A DNA stretch of 64,000 nucleotides, taken from contig JAZUPZ010000029.1 of NCBI GenBank assembly GCA_045605445.1, positions 26,265-90,264 on the forward strand, read 5' to 3'. Positions within the stretch are counted from its first letter, which is position 1. Each line of letters starts with the position of its first letter. Positions 10,301-17,653 of the stretch are shown here, in pieces. The notes below the pieces were generated by a model. That model saw only the letters and a list, made by a program, of their open reading frames with translations. It was not told the DNA's origin and ran no database searches. The DNA is from Clostridia bacterium (GTDB lineage Bacteria > Bacillota > Clostridia > RGIG6154). Made by a program: the position numbers and the translations under genes.

Positions 10301-11382
10301 ACCTTAACATTTATGCAATATACACAATGGTTGACCCGGGCCCGGGACCAATGCCTGAAGACGGCGGTGAGTTCGGCGACGGTCTTACCTGGCACTATGA
10401 CGGAAATATGACCCTTACAATCAGCGGTAATGGTGCAATTCCCGATTATGACCCAACAAGCGGTGATATGGTTCCGTGGCAGTCATACGATATGTATATT
10501 AAGGTAATTGAAATTGAAGAAGGAATAACCGGAATAGGCAGTTACGCTTTCGGATATCTTGTGGAAGCAATGAGCATTTCAATTCCGTCCACAGTAACCT
10601 ATATTTCCGAACAGGCGTTTTTGGAACTTATGGCAATTGAATTAGTAACAATCAGCGACGATAATAGTGAATATACAGTAAAAGACGGTATGGTATTTAC
10701 TAAGGATGAAACTCATCTTGTTTACTGTCCTACACATTACAGTTCAAATGTTGTTGAGCTCGACGAAAAGGTTAAAACAATAAACTCTTATGCTTTTGCA
10801 TATAACCATTTCCTTGAAGCGGTAAATGTTGATCCTGCAAATGAATATTTCCATTCAGATGAAGGAGTTTTGTATGAAACCGCAACTTCAACTCTTGTGT
10901 ACTATCCTGCAGGGAAAATGGATGAAACCTATACAATTCTCGAAGGAACGGAAATTGTCAGAGAAAAAGCATTTTATTACACCTCTACGCTTACAGAACT
11001 GTGTGTTCCTGCAAGTGTGAAGCATATTAACGGTAACTGCTTCTCCAATGCAACATCAATTGCAACAATAACCGTTTCAGAAGATAATGAAACTTATGCA
11101 TCTGTTGAAGGTAATTTAACAGATAAAGAAGGACTGAACTTGTATTATTGTCCTACCGGAACAGTTCCAAACGGAGTTCAGGAAATCTGGACAGGCGCTT
11201 TTGATTTGAACTGCGTGTTTGAAATAACAATCCCTGTAAGTGTTACACAGGTTCACTCAAATGTGTTCTATACATTTGTGAATCAGATAAATTATCTCGG
11301 CTCTTACGAAGAATGGAATGCAATTTATATTTCAAATGAGGGTAATGATTATCTTGAGTATGCAAATATAAACTACAATTAA
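1348..11382 (+). CDS. Giant (3344 aa) secreted cell-surface protein with cell-wall-binding YG repeats, BspA-type LRRs, Fn3 domains and Listeria-Bacteroides (Flg_new) repeats
   Basis: An RBS ggagg precedes the ATG. The N-terminal signal peptide is MAKRLLSALLATVMLLTMFTLPSFA. There are many GWQ..DGYKYYFS..SKYGAAMTG choline-binding-type repeats and YAF..C..L..ITLP BspA-LRR segments. The YTVTFVD.DGTVL...GYTF.GW modules are typical of Flg_new, and the TW..GYKVYR segments are Fn3-like. Confidence 0.9.
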   Translation: MSGGKIMAKRLLSALLATVMLLTMFTLPSFAETLYSGTCGDGLTWTIDSEGVFTLSGSGAMPDYARGTTPWYKYRAEITSVVIEPGITRVGNYAFYLTKILDNITLSDDVTEIGSYAFATCGSVSTATFGSGVSSIEKGAFSGTSIGEITYMGSEKQWYEIQTESGNDSVINSYDIKFMDPGVRLDSDGYYRFYIDGEIQTKWQVSPEGYKYYFSTSSSKYGAALTGKQQKISSTYYDFTDDGKLIESYDSNGDPVLFCDPEQGFIYTIIYDAGEGVASVADKRFRVSTQADLTVTAEKEGYIFAGWTDTFNSNQCISSYEVTGDGVLYAVYINGADLKVELCDDGYYRYYVGGVAQTGWQVAADGYKYYFSTSSSKYGAAMTGTSVKIGGSYYDFTSDGKLIESYDSSNNPVLFYDESADCRPVVTYDYKTNGGEAADASSLRVTKGEKADLSVVARKSGSVFVGWNTNSDAAVAITSLTVTENVTLYAIFADYANNEVVLCEDGYYRYYIGGVAQTGWQMTPTGHKYYFSTSSSKYGAAMTGASVKIGGSYYDFTTEGKLIASYDNDGNPVLYYDPLYDASVEKHTVTYDYKTNGGSSAGEETKQVIHGNKADLTVTAEKADSTFLGWNTDKNADTALSELVVNEDVILYAIFKESGSSKVVLDSDGFYRYYINGEAQIGFWVLDGYKYYFSGSNATKGNAYVSQTATIGGKEYTFNSRGVVVDSNNVPVVYKPNAEVVYLSAVYSEEGTTLTWTGAVENGTISGYKVYRAEGENAGDDDFSLIAVVNETLDGTSYKGTYNSTYSKYDFETPVAQVEFVDSTTQADKVYIYKVEAIAEGDSASSKVAIRTKTGTERYVSYDEATDRWYYYIAGSIQTGWKVTPDGHKCYFSTSTTSTGAALEYDASIGSTVYNFTSYGALINSYDSDSNAVLYTEEIEIPGVSVKEIKLDSDGYYRYYIDGIIQTKWQTGPDGYRYFFSTSSSKYGAAMTGKGQKIASDTYDFTSEGKLIESYDSDGNPILYYDESFDMTPVVTYDHNNGSAVLEKVRVKKGEKADLTVTAKMGNLIFLGWNTDKNATEALTSYTVDGDVTLYAIFTDTVAGGTCGDNLTWQYKVDKTLFITGSGATYSWNNAEDVPWYAYRNEIERVVLDEEITNIGNNTLAGLSKIKTLNIPEKTLYITTSLMGCSALEEITVSSGNTRYNSIDGVLYGYEDSTLILYPQAKEEASYDLPATVKVIFPYAFAESKLEEITLTSIIVKIEEYAFYGCENLKKVKYPLTSDKWEKVYVLDGNDCLTNALECAAKMYTVTYDANGGTCATSSVQVAEGKQADLTVTAEKAGYVFAGWNTDKNAATGFESFAVNEDITLYAIYVEANDVVLCSDGYYRYYVGGVAQTGFWIINGYKYYFSTAAAKYGAALTDSTVKIKGDSYTFDSKGRVCENGEAVLFAPSVTAEAGEMSASQSTTSLKWSVSATNAKVNGYKIYRDGELIAEEEFALNALFIQGEYKNNGSGVYEYIFEPKTTEITYRDEHLDQNTTYNYTLAVSFEGGEVSVDASVLTEAYASRYVTYDKATDGWYYYINGVAQSGWQVTPDGYKYYFSKSTGKALKGKNVRIGSDNYDLADYGALIDSYDSEGNPVLYREINGWYTSAEDGSIRYYDNNVYRTGWQYIDGYKYYFSMSKGNLLTGMTQVGSTKYDLGEDGAWVGYYQTEYTVEESPKATDVVLGEDGYYRYYPNGEEGEPLTGWKVLPGEDAYYKYYFSKASTKYGAAVTGYAVQVGIGEYNFFPTGALLNVTVDENGQAVMEPYSLSLEQGAKNGLILDEDGKYRYYIDGEFQSGWITIDGSRYLLRRADGSAVTDVNYKYGSYYYDFTEDGKLVRMKNGASSIYKITFAPGEGTGEEIVLNKVAEDCFKYVLPENTFEKEGYVFFGWSDGVNTYAAGTKVQVMKDTVFTAVWAEEEVEIIANGTVSDTITWSLNAKGLLKIEGSGEMPAYFIGSSPWYSYRESIKSVSFSNELLNIGQYSMYGCAIESVEIPEGVKYIGDHVFENCDNLKTISIPASVIDIETYTFTSTPALESITVAEGNKNYYSKDGVLFYKYGSSVKIIRYPSAKEGEYTVPEDVVLIDIMAFENCDKLTKVTMTNVQSIDRSSFASCGALETVVTGDKLITIGDYAFSACTSLKEITLPKTLKSVGNYAFNNCKALYKVNYGGSFATWVKITIGTNNSYLKGAGFVYGSKDYTVTFVDWDGTTIATLTVPDGEGATAPSDPEREGYTFTGWDKDFSVVTGDITVTAQYEANVVVPETVASGSCGSGITWELDSLGTMTISGTGSMRNYSNDSSTPWYSYSSQIKKVVIGEGVTRIGDYSFAYCRNITEVTLPDTLKTLGLWSLAYTGITKLDVPEGVTKINERALLGCLSLAELSLPKSLSFIGALAFNGCTGLEKVVYYASYATWTKVTIETGNDHLTGVRFIYQYSECKVTFVDFDGTVLKTETVEEGNRATAPEAPSRDGYTFIGWDIEFSNVTEDITVTAQYEKICYTVTFVDFDGTVLKTESVEVGSGATAPEDPTRDGYTFTGWDVGFTNVTSNLTVTAQYESVVKTYKVIFIDEIGNIISEQTVEEGKSAVEPEAPVKSGYTFIGWNNDFTNVTSNLYVMPQYEKIKLNYTVNFVDYDATVLKTETVLEGNGATAPSNPEREGYIFLGWNSLFAKIDRDRTITAIYDPEGLGNISHTGTFGNYRDLNNAHYTKILIWTLYDTGILTVNGAATAYGVMTTSSGGAPWSDYASSVKEARVSKGIKEILIGAFANCTNLTKVTFSEDITTIGRNVFFNCPALTDIYFEGTREQWEDVAIDSTNDSMLENVTVHCSDDVKTYTVTFLGYNGQVLSEQTVNEGESATAPEAPSVDLYTFTGWNVDFSKVTSDLTVTAQYERSSFMVYFIGYEGIIEAQIIPKGGSATAPDVPAEIDGNVFIGWDGDFENVTSDLNIYAIYTMVDPGPGPMPEDGGEFGDGLTWHYDGNMTLTISGNGAIPDYDPTSGDMVPWQSYDMYIKVIEIEEGITGIGSYAFGYLVEAMSISIPSTVTYISEQAFLELMAIELVTISDDNSEYTVKDGMVFTKDETHLVYCPTHYSSNVVELDEKVKTINSYAFAYNHFLEAVNVDPANEYFHSDEGVLYETATSTLVYYPAGKMDETYTILEGTEIVREKAFYYTSTLTELCVPASVKHINGNCFSNATSIATITVSEDNETYASVEGNLTDKEGLNLYYCPTGTVPNGVQEIWTGAFDLNCVFEITIPVSVTQVHSNVFYTFVNQINYLGSYEEWNAIYISNEGNDYLEYANINYN
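8791..9157 (+). repeat. Two adjacent near-identical ~183-bp coding modules (Flg_new repeats) inside the giant gene
   Basis: gtaacctttgttga(t/c)tttgacggcactgttcttaaaacaga... occurs at 8791 and again at 8975 with high nucleotide identity. Confidence 0.7.
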
Positions 11383-11502
11383 CAAAATGTTAAATTTGCC
11401 AATCTTGCGCGACTAAGCGCCCTTGTGTACACAAAGTATACGAAGGTTGCTTATTCGCACAAGCTGAAGAAATTTTTCTGTTTTAATATGGACAAAGAGA
11501 AC

Positions 11503-11540
11503 AACCTCTGCATAGCAGAGGTTGAACCTTTTATATTCTT
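11503..11540 (+). terminator. Intrinsic terminator after the giant gene
   Basis: Hairpin aacctctgc-atag-gcagaggtt followed by a T-rich tract. Confidence 0.55.
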
Positions 11541-11562
11541 TATTATTTATTGTTTGTTCATT

Positions 11563-11592
11563 TTAAAAGGAGGGCTTAGCCCTCCTTTTAAA
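11563..11592. terminator. Bidirectional hairpin terminator (ggagggc-tta-gccctcc flanked by A/T runs), sits at the mgtE stop
   Basis: A perfect 7-bp GC-rich stem has an A-run on one side and a T-run on the other. Confidence 0.6.
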
Positions 11593-12940
11593 TATGCAGT
11601 ATACTTGTAGCAATCTGAAAATAAATTACAAGGCTTAAAGCGTCAACGATAGTTGTAATAAAGGGGCTTGCCATAACGGCAGGGTCCAGCTTTATTTTTT
11701 CTGCAAAAAGCGGAAGAATACAGCCGATCAGCTTTGCAATAACAACCGTTGCAACAAGGGTAATTGAAACAACCAGCGCAACCTCAACGCCTATTCTGTC
11801 AATAAACATAAGCTTTAAAAGGTTGATTGCGGCAAGAGTAAAACCGCACAAAAATGCAACTCTTATTTCTTTCCACATAACCCTGAACATATGTGAAAAC
11901 TCAATTTCACCTAAGGATAAGCCTCGTATTACCGTAACGGAAGACTGTCCGCCGGCATTACCGCCCGTACCCATAAGCATAGGAATAAAGCTTGTAAGTA
12001 TAACAAATTTGCCGAGAGCATCTTCGTAAAAGCTTATAATTCCGCCGGTGAATGCCGCTGAAATCATAAGGAACAAAAGCCAGGGGATTCTCTGCTTCCA
12101 GGTTTCAAAAACTCCGGTTTTAAGATAAGGCTTTTCAGAAGGTACGATAGCCGCCATTCTTTCAACATCCTCTGTTGCCTCTTCTTCCATAACGTCAACA
12201 GCATCGTCAACAGTTACAATGCCCACAAGGCGGTCTTCTTTGTCAACGATGGGAAGGGCAATAAGGTCGTATTTTGTAAAAATTGCCGCAACATCTTCTC
12301 TGTCATCAGTGGTTGTTGCTTTAATAACGTTCGTATCCATTAAATTTTCGATAAGAGCATCGGGAGATGCAAGAACCAGGTCTTTTAAGGATACAACGCC
12401 CTCTAATTTTCTTTTTGCATTTGTAACATAGCAGGTGTAAATCGTTTCCTTGTCCATTTCGTTTTTGCGGATGTAAGTAATTGCCTCCGCAACGGTCATA
12501 ATCTTTTTAAGGGAAACGTATTCTGCCGTCATAATTGTTCCCGCGCAGTTTTCGGGGAACTTAAGGTATTGGTTAATAAGATTTCTTGTTTTTGGCGAGG
12601 TGTTCTGCATAACACGTTTAACAATGCTTGCAGGAAGCTCTTCAATCATATCAACCGCATCGTCTGTTGCCAGGTCCTCCATAATGTGGGAAATTTCAAC
12701 GTCGGATATGCTTTGAATAATTTCGTGTTGCTTGTCAATTTCAAGATAAGCAAAAACGTCCGATGCAAAGTCTTTCGGAAGAGTTCTGAAAATAACAAGA
12801 GTTTTTTCAGCTTCAAGACCGCTGATAAAATCAGCAACATCGGATTCGTTCATTTCAATCAGGATTTCCTGAACTTTTTTATATCTTTTTTTATTGATAA
12901 GTTCAAGGAGTAAATCTCTGACAGTTGTGATTTCTTCCAT
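11588..12940 (-). CDS. mgtE: Magnesium transporter MgtE
   Basis: It has an MgtE N-domain, a CBS pair and a C-terminal TM domain. I moved the start to MEEITT (ATG at 12940) because a GGAGG RBS lies 7 nt upstream; the track ORF start at 12958 includes that RBS. Confidence 0.9.
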   Translation of the reverse strand: MEEITTVRDLLLELINKKRYKKVQEILIEMNESDVADFISGLEAEKTLVIFRTLPKDFASDVFAYLEIDKQHEIIQSISDVEISHIMEDLATDDAVDMIEELPASIVKRVMQNTSPKTRNLINQYLKFPENCAGTIMTAEYVSLKKIMTVAEAITYIRKNEMDKETIYTCYVTNAKRKLEGVVSLKDLVLASPDALIENLMDTNVIKATTTDDREDVAAIFTKYDLIALPIVDKEDRLVGIVTVDDAVDVMEEEATEDVERMAAIVPSEKPYLKTGVFETWKQRIPWLLFLMISAAFTGGIISFYEDALGKFVILTSFIPMLMGTGGNAGGQSSVTVIRGLSLGEIEFSHMFRVMWKEIRVAFLCGFTLAAINLLKLMFIDRIGVEVALVVSITLVATVVIAKLIGCILPLFAEKIKLDPAVMASPFITTIVDALSLVIYFQIATSILHI

Positions 12941-12958
12941 GTTTTGTCCTCCAATCAT

Positions 12959-13160
12959 TTAGTTGTCAATAACTTGATTGGCAAACAGAAACAAACCGTC
13001 AACCGTTACAAGACGCATCGGTTACGGCTTTTTGTATTCTGTTGTTGCACAATCGCCCGTTACCGCCGGCGTCCATAAATTCACTTCCTTTTTCTTAATT
13101 TTTGTATAACAGTATTATTTTATCATAAAAATTATATGATTTCAACATTGTTTGCAACAA
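12959..13160 (-). promoter_or_regulatory. Long structured mgtE leader with a promoter-like TTGTTG-18-TATAAT and an internal terminator-like hairpin plus U-tract (candidate attenuator or riboswitch expression platform)
   Basis: Read on the minus strand, the hairpin gccgtaaccg...cggttgacgg is followed by tttgtttctgttt about 45 nt upstream of the start codon. Confidence 0.4.
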
Positions 13161-13164
13161 TTTA

Positions 13165-13192
13165 TAAAAGGGCGACCCTGCAAGGGTCGTCT
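13165..13192 (-). terminator. Terminator of the helicase gene
   Basis: Hairpin cgaccct-gca-agggtcg followed on the minus strand by cccttttat. Confidence 0.5.
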
Positions 13193-13199
13193 GAATATT

Positions 13200-15038
13200 T
13201 TATCCGCAATAATTAACAAGTGCCGAAATAAGCTGTCCGTCGCAATTTTTCCAGAATTCAACGTCACAAACAACAATTAAATTTTTCTTTGCTCTTGAAA
13301 TGGCTGTGTTTATAAGCTCAAGCCCCTTTGAACGACGGTTGGTGCTGTCGGTAAAATACATATTTTCTCTGTCGCAAACGGAAAGAATAACCGTGTCCCA
13401 TTCCTGCCCCTGCGACCTGTGAACCGTCATAACCCTGTCGGTATATTTTCTTATAAGCGCTTCCTGGCTTTTGTAGGGAGTAAGAACTGCAAAGTCGGAA
13501 AGGTGGTAATCCTTAATAATTTCAAGAATTGCCTCCGCTTCTTTAACGCTTGAACGGGAACCGCCGCTTACACCCTTTGCATCAATTGCAAGAATGTTCG
13601 TTTCGTCTTCGGCAAGAGAGGAAAAGTGGTTCTGATAAACATAGCTTTCAAGAATTTCCGCAATTCCGCTTCCGAAACGGTGAGTTTCGTTAAGGTCTGC
13701 CTTTGCGGTATATTCAAAATTGGGAGAAGCTCCTAAAATATAGTCCTGAAAGAGCTCGTATACGTCCTTTTTGAAAATATCTTCTGCATAAACTGCCGAC
13801 TGTGCCCATATAACTGCAGGCTGAAAGAGAGGGTTTGAAAAGTTGTTTTCATCCATCTCGCATACAGGAGGCAACTGCATATGGTCTCCCAAAAAGGTTA
13901 TGGGGCACCTCATAGAAAGAAGCACCGTTGCCTTTACAAGGTTGCAGTAGCAGGCTTCGTCAAGAAAAAGGTGAGCAGCAGCTTTTTTGTTTTTTTCCAT
14001 GGCGCTGTTCATATTATAGGCAATAAACTTATCAACGGTGCAGGCAACAATTCTTATATTCCCTTTTATAAGATAAAGGAAAAGGTTTTCCCTTGCTCCC
14101 GCAAGCATTTTGCCAAGCTGTTCAATTCTCTCCAAAGATGCTTCTCCGTATTTTTTCTCGGTTTTTTCAATTACCTCTTTAAGCTTCTTTTTAAGAGGAA
14201 GGGGAGTGTCGCTTTTTTTAACCTCCTGCTTTAATTTTATGCAGTTTAAAAGCTCGTTTTTCTGAATGTTGTATTCCGCTGTAAGACGGTTTATAATCTC
14301 CTTCTCGCAAACCTGAGGATAGGTAGAAGAAAGGCTTTCCGTTGCATATCCCAGCCTTGCAACCAAAGAAAGGTCAAAGCCTTCCTCTTCAAGAACGGGC
14401 AGAAGCCCGTTTAAGGTCTGGTCAAGGGCAACGTTTGTGGGAGCAGTAATAAAAATAATGTCCTCATCGGTGTCATTCTTAAGATAGTTTAAAACGCAGT
14501 TTGCAAGAACAAATCTGGTTTTGCCTGTTCCCGGCGCACCCCATATGTATGAAAATGGCTGTGAGAAAACAGTTTTAATTGCTTTTTCCTGACAGGGAGA
14601 GGGGAGAATTTTTTTACTTATATCAAGCTCCGGGGAAAGCTTTGGCAGCTCTTCCGGAAAGGCGATTTTTTCGCCGTGAGCTTTATACCATTTTATAACC
14701 CTTTCCACAAGAAAACGCATATTAACGTTTATAACAACGTCCGATGCTTTTATATCGGCGGAAATATTTTCGTTAAATTCAACTGTAAGGGTTCTTTTGA
14801 AAAAGTCGCTGTCTTTAACAGAAAAATCTTCATCACCGTATTTTTTGCCGTTGATTTCAATTTCAAATCCGCAACTGTCAAAAAGTCGCTTTGAAAGGCG
14901 CATAAAAAAGACCTTTTCCTTCTTTCTGACAAGGTCTTCAACAAGTATATGTTCAATTCCCAGATCATTGTCAATAAGATAGTTGAGGTAAACCTGAGAA
15001 CCGTATATAAAGCTGTTTTTAATCTCTTTAATATCCAT
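13200..15038 (-). CDS. Superfamily-1 (Upf1-like, AAA_11/AAA_12) DNA/RNA helicase with an uncharacterised ~150-aa N-terminal domain
   Basis: Walker A is GAPGTGKT, motif II is DEAC, and a C-terminal TVHRSQGQEWD motif is present. The gene stands alone between mgtE and the GH28-like genes. Confidence 0.75.
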   Translation of the reverse strand: MDIKEIKNSFIYGSQVYLNYLIDNDLGIEHILVEDLVRKKEKVFFMRLSKRLFDSCGFEIEINGKKYGDEDFSVKDSDFFKRTLTVEFNENISADIKASDVVINVNMRFLVERVIKWYKAHGEKIAFPEELPKLSPELDISKKILPSPCQEKAIKTVFSQPFSYIWGAPGTGKTRFVLANCVLNYLKNDTDEDIIFITAPTNVALDQTLNGLLPVLEEEGFDLSLVARLGYATESLSSTYPQVCEKEIINRLTAEYNIQKNELLNCIKLKQEVKKSDTPLPLKKKLKEVIEKTEKKYGEASLERIEQLGKMLAGARENLFLYLIKGNIRIVACTVDKFIAYNMNSAMEKNKKAAAHLFLDEACYCNLVKATVLLSMRCPITFLGDHMQLPPVCEMDENNFSNPLFQPAVIWAQSAVYAEDIFKKDVYELFQDYILGASPNFEYTAKADLNETHRFGSGIAEILESYVYQNHFSSLAEDETNILAIDAKGVSGGSRSSVKEAEAILEIIKDYHLSDFAVLTPYKSQEALIRKYTDRVMTVHRSQGQEWDTVILSVCDRENMYFTDSTNRRSKGLELINTAISRAKKNLIVVCDVEFWKNCDGQLISALVNYCG

Positions 15039-15128
15039 ATTTTAATTGTAGCATAAAACCCCTGATTGTTCAATATTTATTGACAAAACAAAAAGGCTAT
15101 AGTAAAATTTAACAGAAGAAAGGAGTGC

Positions 15129-16376
15129 TTGAAGATGGCTGATATAAAAGCTTTCGGTGTTGTGGGAGACGGCACCCTTGAAGAAACAAGAAAAATTCAG
15201 AATGCAATTGACGAATGTGCCTTAAAAGGCGAAGCTCTTGAGTTTACGGAAGGGGTTTATCCTGCGTTTTCTCTTGAACTTAAAGATAATTCGCATATTG
15301 TTTTAACTGAAAATGCAACCTTAAAGGCTTGTGAGGATTGGAGCGGTTGGGAAAAAACCGACAAAATGCCTTTTGTTTTTGCAGATGGTAAAAGCAACAT
15401 AACAATTGAAGGGAAAGGTAAAATAGACTGTAGCAGAAAAGTTTTTCACGACTGTGAGGGAAGCCCTGTGACCCGTTTAAGACCAGAGCATACCCTTATG
15501 TTTGAAAACTGCTCCGATGTTGAAATAAAGGGAATTACGGTTAAGGATTCCGTTTGCTATAACATTTATCTTAAAAACAGCAGTAATGTAACTGTTGAAG
15601 GTATTGTAATAAGAAATCCCGAATGGTGGAAATCTCATTTAAGCGACGGAATAGCAATCTCAGGCGGAGAAAATTTCGTGATTGAAAATTGCGATATTGA
15701 AACGGGTAACGATGCTCTTTCAATTAAAACTGCCGAGGGAGAAACCGTTAAAAATGTTAAAATATCCGACTGTGTTTTAAGAACAAGCAGAAACGGACTT
15801 AAAATAGGAACAACCCTTTATGGCGACGTGTCAGGCGTTGAGTTCAGAAATATTAAAATTTATGACCACAGAGAAAAAAATCTTGTAAGACATCCCGAAC
15901 AGGGAGGTCACGTTTGGTCTGCAATTGCCCTTATTACCACAAGGGGCGGAAATATTTCAGACTTTACGGCAGATAACGTTACTGCAGATTTTGCAAATAC
16001 GCCTTTCCTTATGGTGGCTGAACAAAGGTTTGGTTCAAATGCCGCTATAGGGAAAATAAGCAATATTACAATAAACGATTTTCACGTTAACCACTCAATC
16101 AGAGCGGCTCAGATTAACATTGCAAACGGAAGTGTTGCTGAAAACATAAAAATTACAAATAGCACCATAATGAACTATGAAAATCACGACGGTGAGTTTA
16201 AATGCGAAACTGCCTGCGGAAGATGGTATCCCGCAGGGTACACCTTCGGTCATATGCCGGCTTACGGCCTTTACGGTAACAACGTTAAAAATGTTGACCT
16301 GACCGGCAGCGTTTTCAAGGAGGATATTTACTCAAAAAGACCGTCAACAATCTTAAAAGGCGGTGATTTGTTATGA
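15129..16376 (+). CDS. Pectate-lyase-superfamily / GH28-like right-handed beta-helix glycoside hydrolase (paralog 1)
   Basis: The N-terminal FGVVGDGT..T..IQNAID motif is typical of the Pectate_lyase_3/GH28 family. Beta-helix repeats are NxxI.N-like. Confidence 0.6.
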   Translation: MKMADIKAFGVVGDGTLEETRKIQNAIDECALKGEALEFTEGVYPAFSLELKDNSHIVLTENATLKACEDWSGWEKTDKMPFVFADGKSNITIEGKGKIDCSRKVFHDCEGSPVTRLRPEHTLMFENCSDVEIKGITVKDSVCYNIYLKNSSNVTVEGIVIRNPEWWKSHLSDGIAISGGENFVIENCDIETGNDALSIKTAEGETVKNVKISDCVLRTSRNGLKIGTTLYGDVSGVEFRNIKIYDHREKNLVRHPEQGGHVWSAIALITTRGGNISDFTADNVTADFANTPFLMVAEQRFGSNAAIGKISNITINDFHVNHSIRAAQINIANGSVAENIKITNSTIMNYENHDGEFKCETACGRWYPAGYTFGHMPAYGLYGNNVKNVDLTGSVFKEDIYSKRPSTILKGGDLL

Positions 16377-17653
16377 CAGATATAAAAACCCTGGGCGTTC
16401 TTTGTGACGGAACCTGCGAAACGGAAAAAATTCAGAATGCAATAAACCTTTGCGCCGAAAAGGGCGAGGTTCTGGAATTTACAGAAGGCGTTTATTATAC
16501 GGCGTCTCTGGAGCTTAAAAACAACAGCCATCTTTATCTTAATGAAAATGCTGTTATAAAGGCTTCCGAAAATGAAAATGACTGGGAAAACTGCAATCAT
16601 AAACCGCTTATAAATGCAGTTGAAAAAGAAAATATAACAATAGAAGGAAAGGGGAAAATTGACTGCAGCGGCGATAAATATCACGATTTTGACGGAAACC
16701 GCTCTCTCGGATGGCGTCCCGAAACAACAATAAATTTTCAGAACAGTAAAAATATAAAGCTTTATGATTTTACTGCAGGAAACTCCGTTGCCTGGACAGT
16801 TCATTTTAACGATTGCGAATATGTAGGCATAGAAAGGGTAATCTTAAGAAATCCCGACTGGTGGTGCGGAAAAAGCAACGACGGTTTTGATATAAACGGT
16901 TGCCGCCACGTTAAAATAAAAGATTGCGACGTGGAAGTAGGCGACGATGGTATCTGCCTTAAAAATTATCACAATGGCGAAGACAGAAAGCCAATGTTCG
17001 ATATTCTGGTTACCGACTGTATCGTTCGTTCAACCTGCGGAGCTCTTAAAATAGGAACCGAAACTCAGGGCGATATCTACGACGTTCGCATAGAAAACAT
17101 AAAAATAGAGGATCACAGAAATCCCAACATTTTCCGTCATCCCGATTTCGGCGGACACTCATTAACTGCCATTTCAATTCATTCAAATGACGGCGCCCAT
17201 GTTCACGATATAACCTTTAAAAATATTCATGCAACCTACGCAAATACGGGAATATTCATATTCCTTCAGAAAAGATATATGATGATAAACAACCCCAATC
17301 AGAAAAAAGCGGTAGTGCTTAAAGAACCGAAAATGGGCAAAATTTCAAATATCTTAATTGACGGGCTTACGGTTGAACACGCTCAGAGAGCCAATCAGAT
17401 AAATGTAGGCGAAGGCGGACTTGTAGAAAACGTAAAAATAAAAAATGTAAATATAACCGTATACGAGGATAACAACGGCGATTACGAGGCAATAGTTCCC
17501 GAAAGCCGCAGCTATCCCGACGGTTACGCCTACGGTCATATGCCTGCCTACAGTCTCTTTGCAAGAAGAGTGAAGAACCTTTCCTATGAAGAAAATATAA
17601 GGGTTAGAGATGTGTTTAATACCGGTCGCCCGGCAATAATTGTAGAACCTTAA
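16373..17653 (+). CDS. Pectate-lyase-superfamily / GH28-like glycoside hydrolase (paralog 2), translationally coupled to paralog 1 (ATGA overlap)
   Basis: It is paralogous to the upstream gene, with LGVLCDGT..T..IQNAIN and shared GHMPAYGLY / GHMPAYSLF C-terminal motifs. Confidence 0.6.
   Translation: MTDIKTLGVLCDGTCETEKIQNAINLCAEKGEVLEFTEGVYYTASLELKNNSHLYLNENAVIKASENENDWENCNHKPLINAVEKENITIEGKGKIDCSGDKYHDFDGNRSLGWRPETTINFQNSKNIKLYDFTAGNSVAWTVHFNDCEYVGIERVILRNPDWWCGKSNDGFDINGCRHVKIKDCDVEVGDDGICLKNYHNGEDRKPMFDILVTDCIVRSTCGALKIGTETQGDIYDVRIENIKIEDHRNPNIFRHPDFGGHSLTAISIHSNDGAHVHDITFKNIHATYANTGIFIFLQKRYMMINNPNQKKAVVLKEPKMGKISNILIDGLTVEHAQRANQINVGEGGLVENVKIKNVNITVYEDNNGDYEAIVPESRSYPDGYAYGHMPAYSLFARRVKNLSYEENIRVRDVFNTGRPAIIVEP

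Noticed and set aside
2731-10826. Numerous 60-125-aa ORFs on either strand inside the giant gene (e.g. 2731-2928, 3695-4069, 9069-9338)
   Set aside because: They are embedded in a 10-kb continuous ORF with clear domain content and are shadow ORFs.
11425-11610. Track ORF 11425-11610 (+)
   Set aside because: It spans two terminator hairpins in the convergent intergenic region and has no RBS.
12959-13160. Confident M-box riboswitch call
   Set aside because: M-box is the expected class for mgtE, but I could not identify its conserved blocks by eye and the available aptamer space is short. I kept it only as a candidate attenuator.
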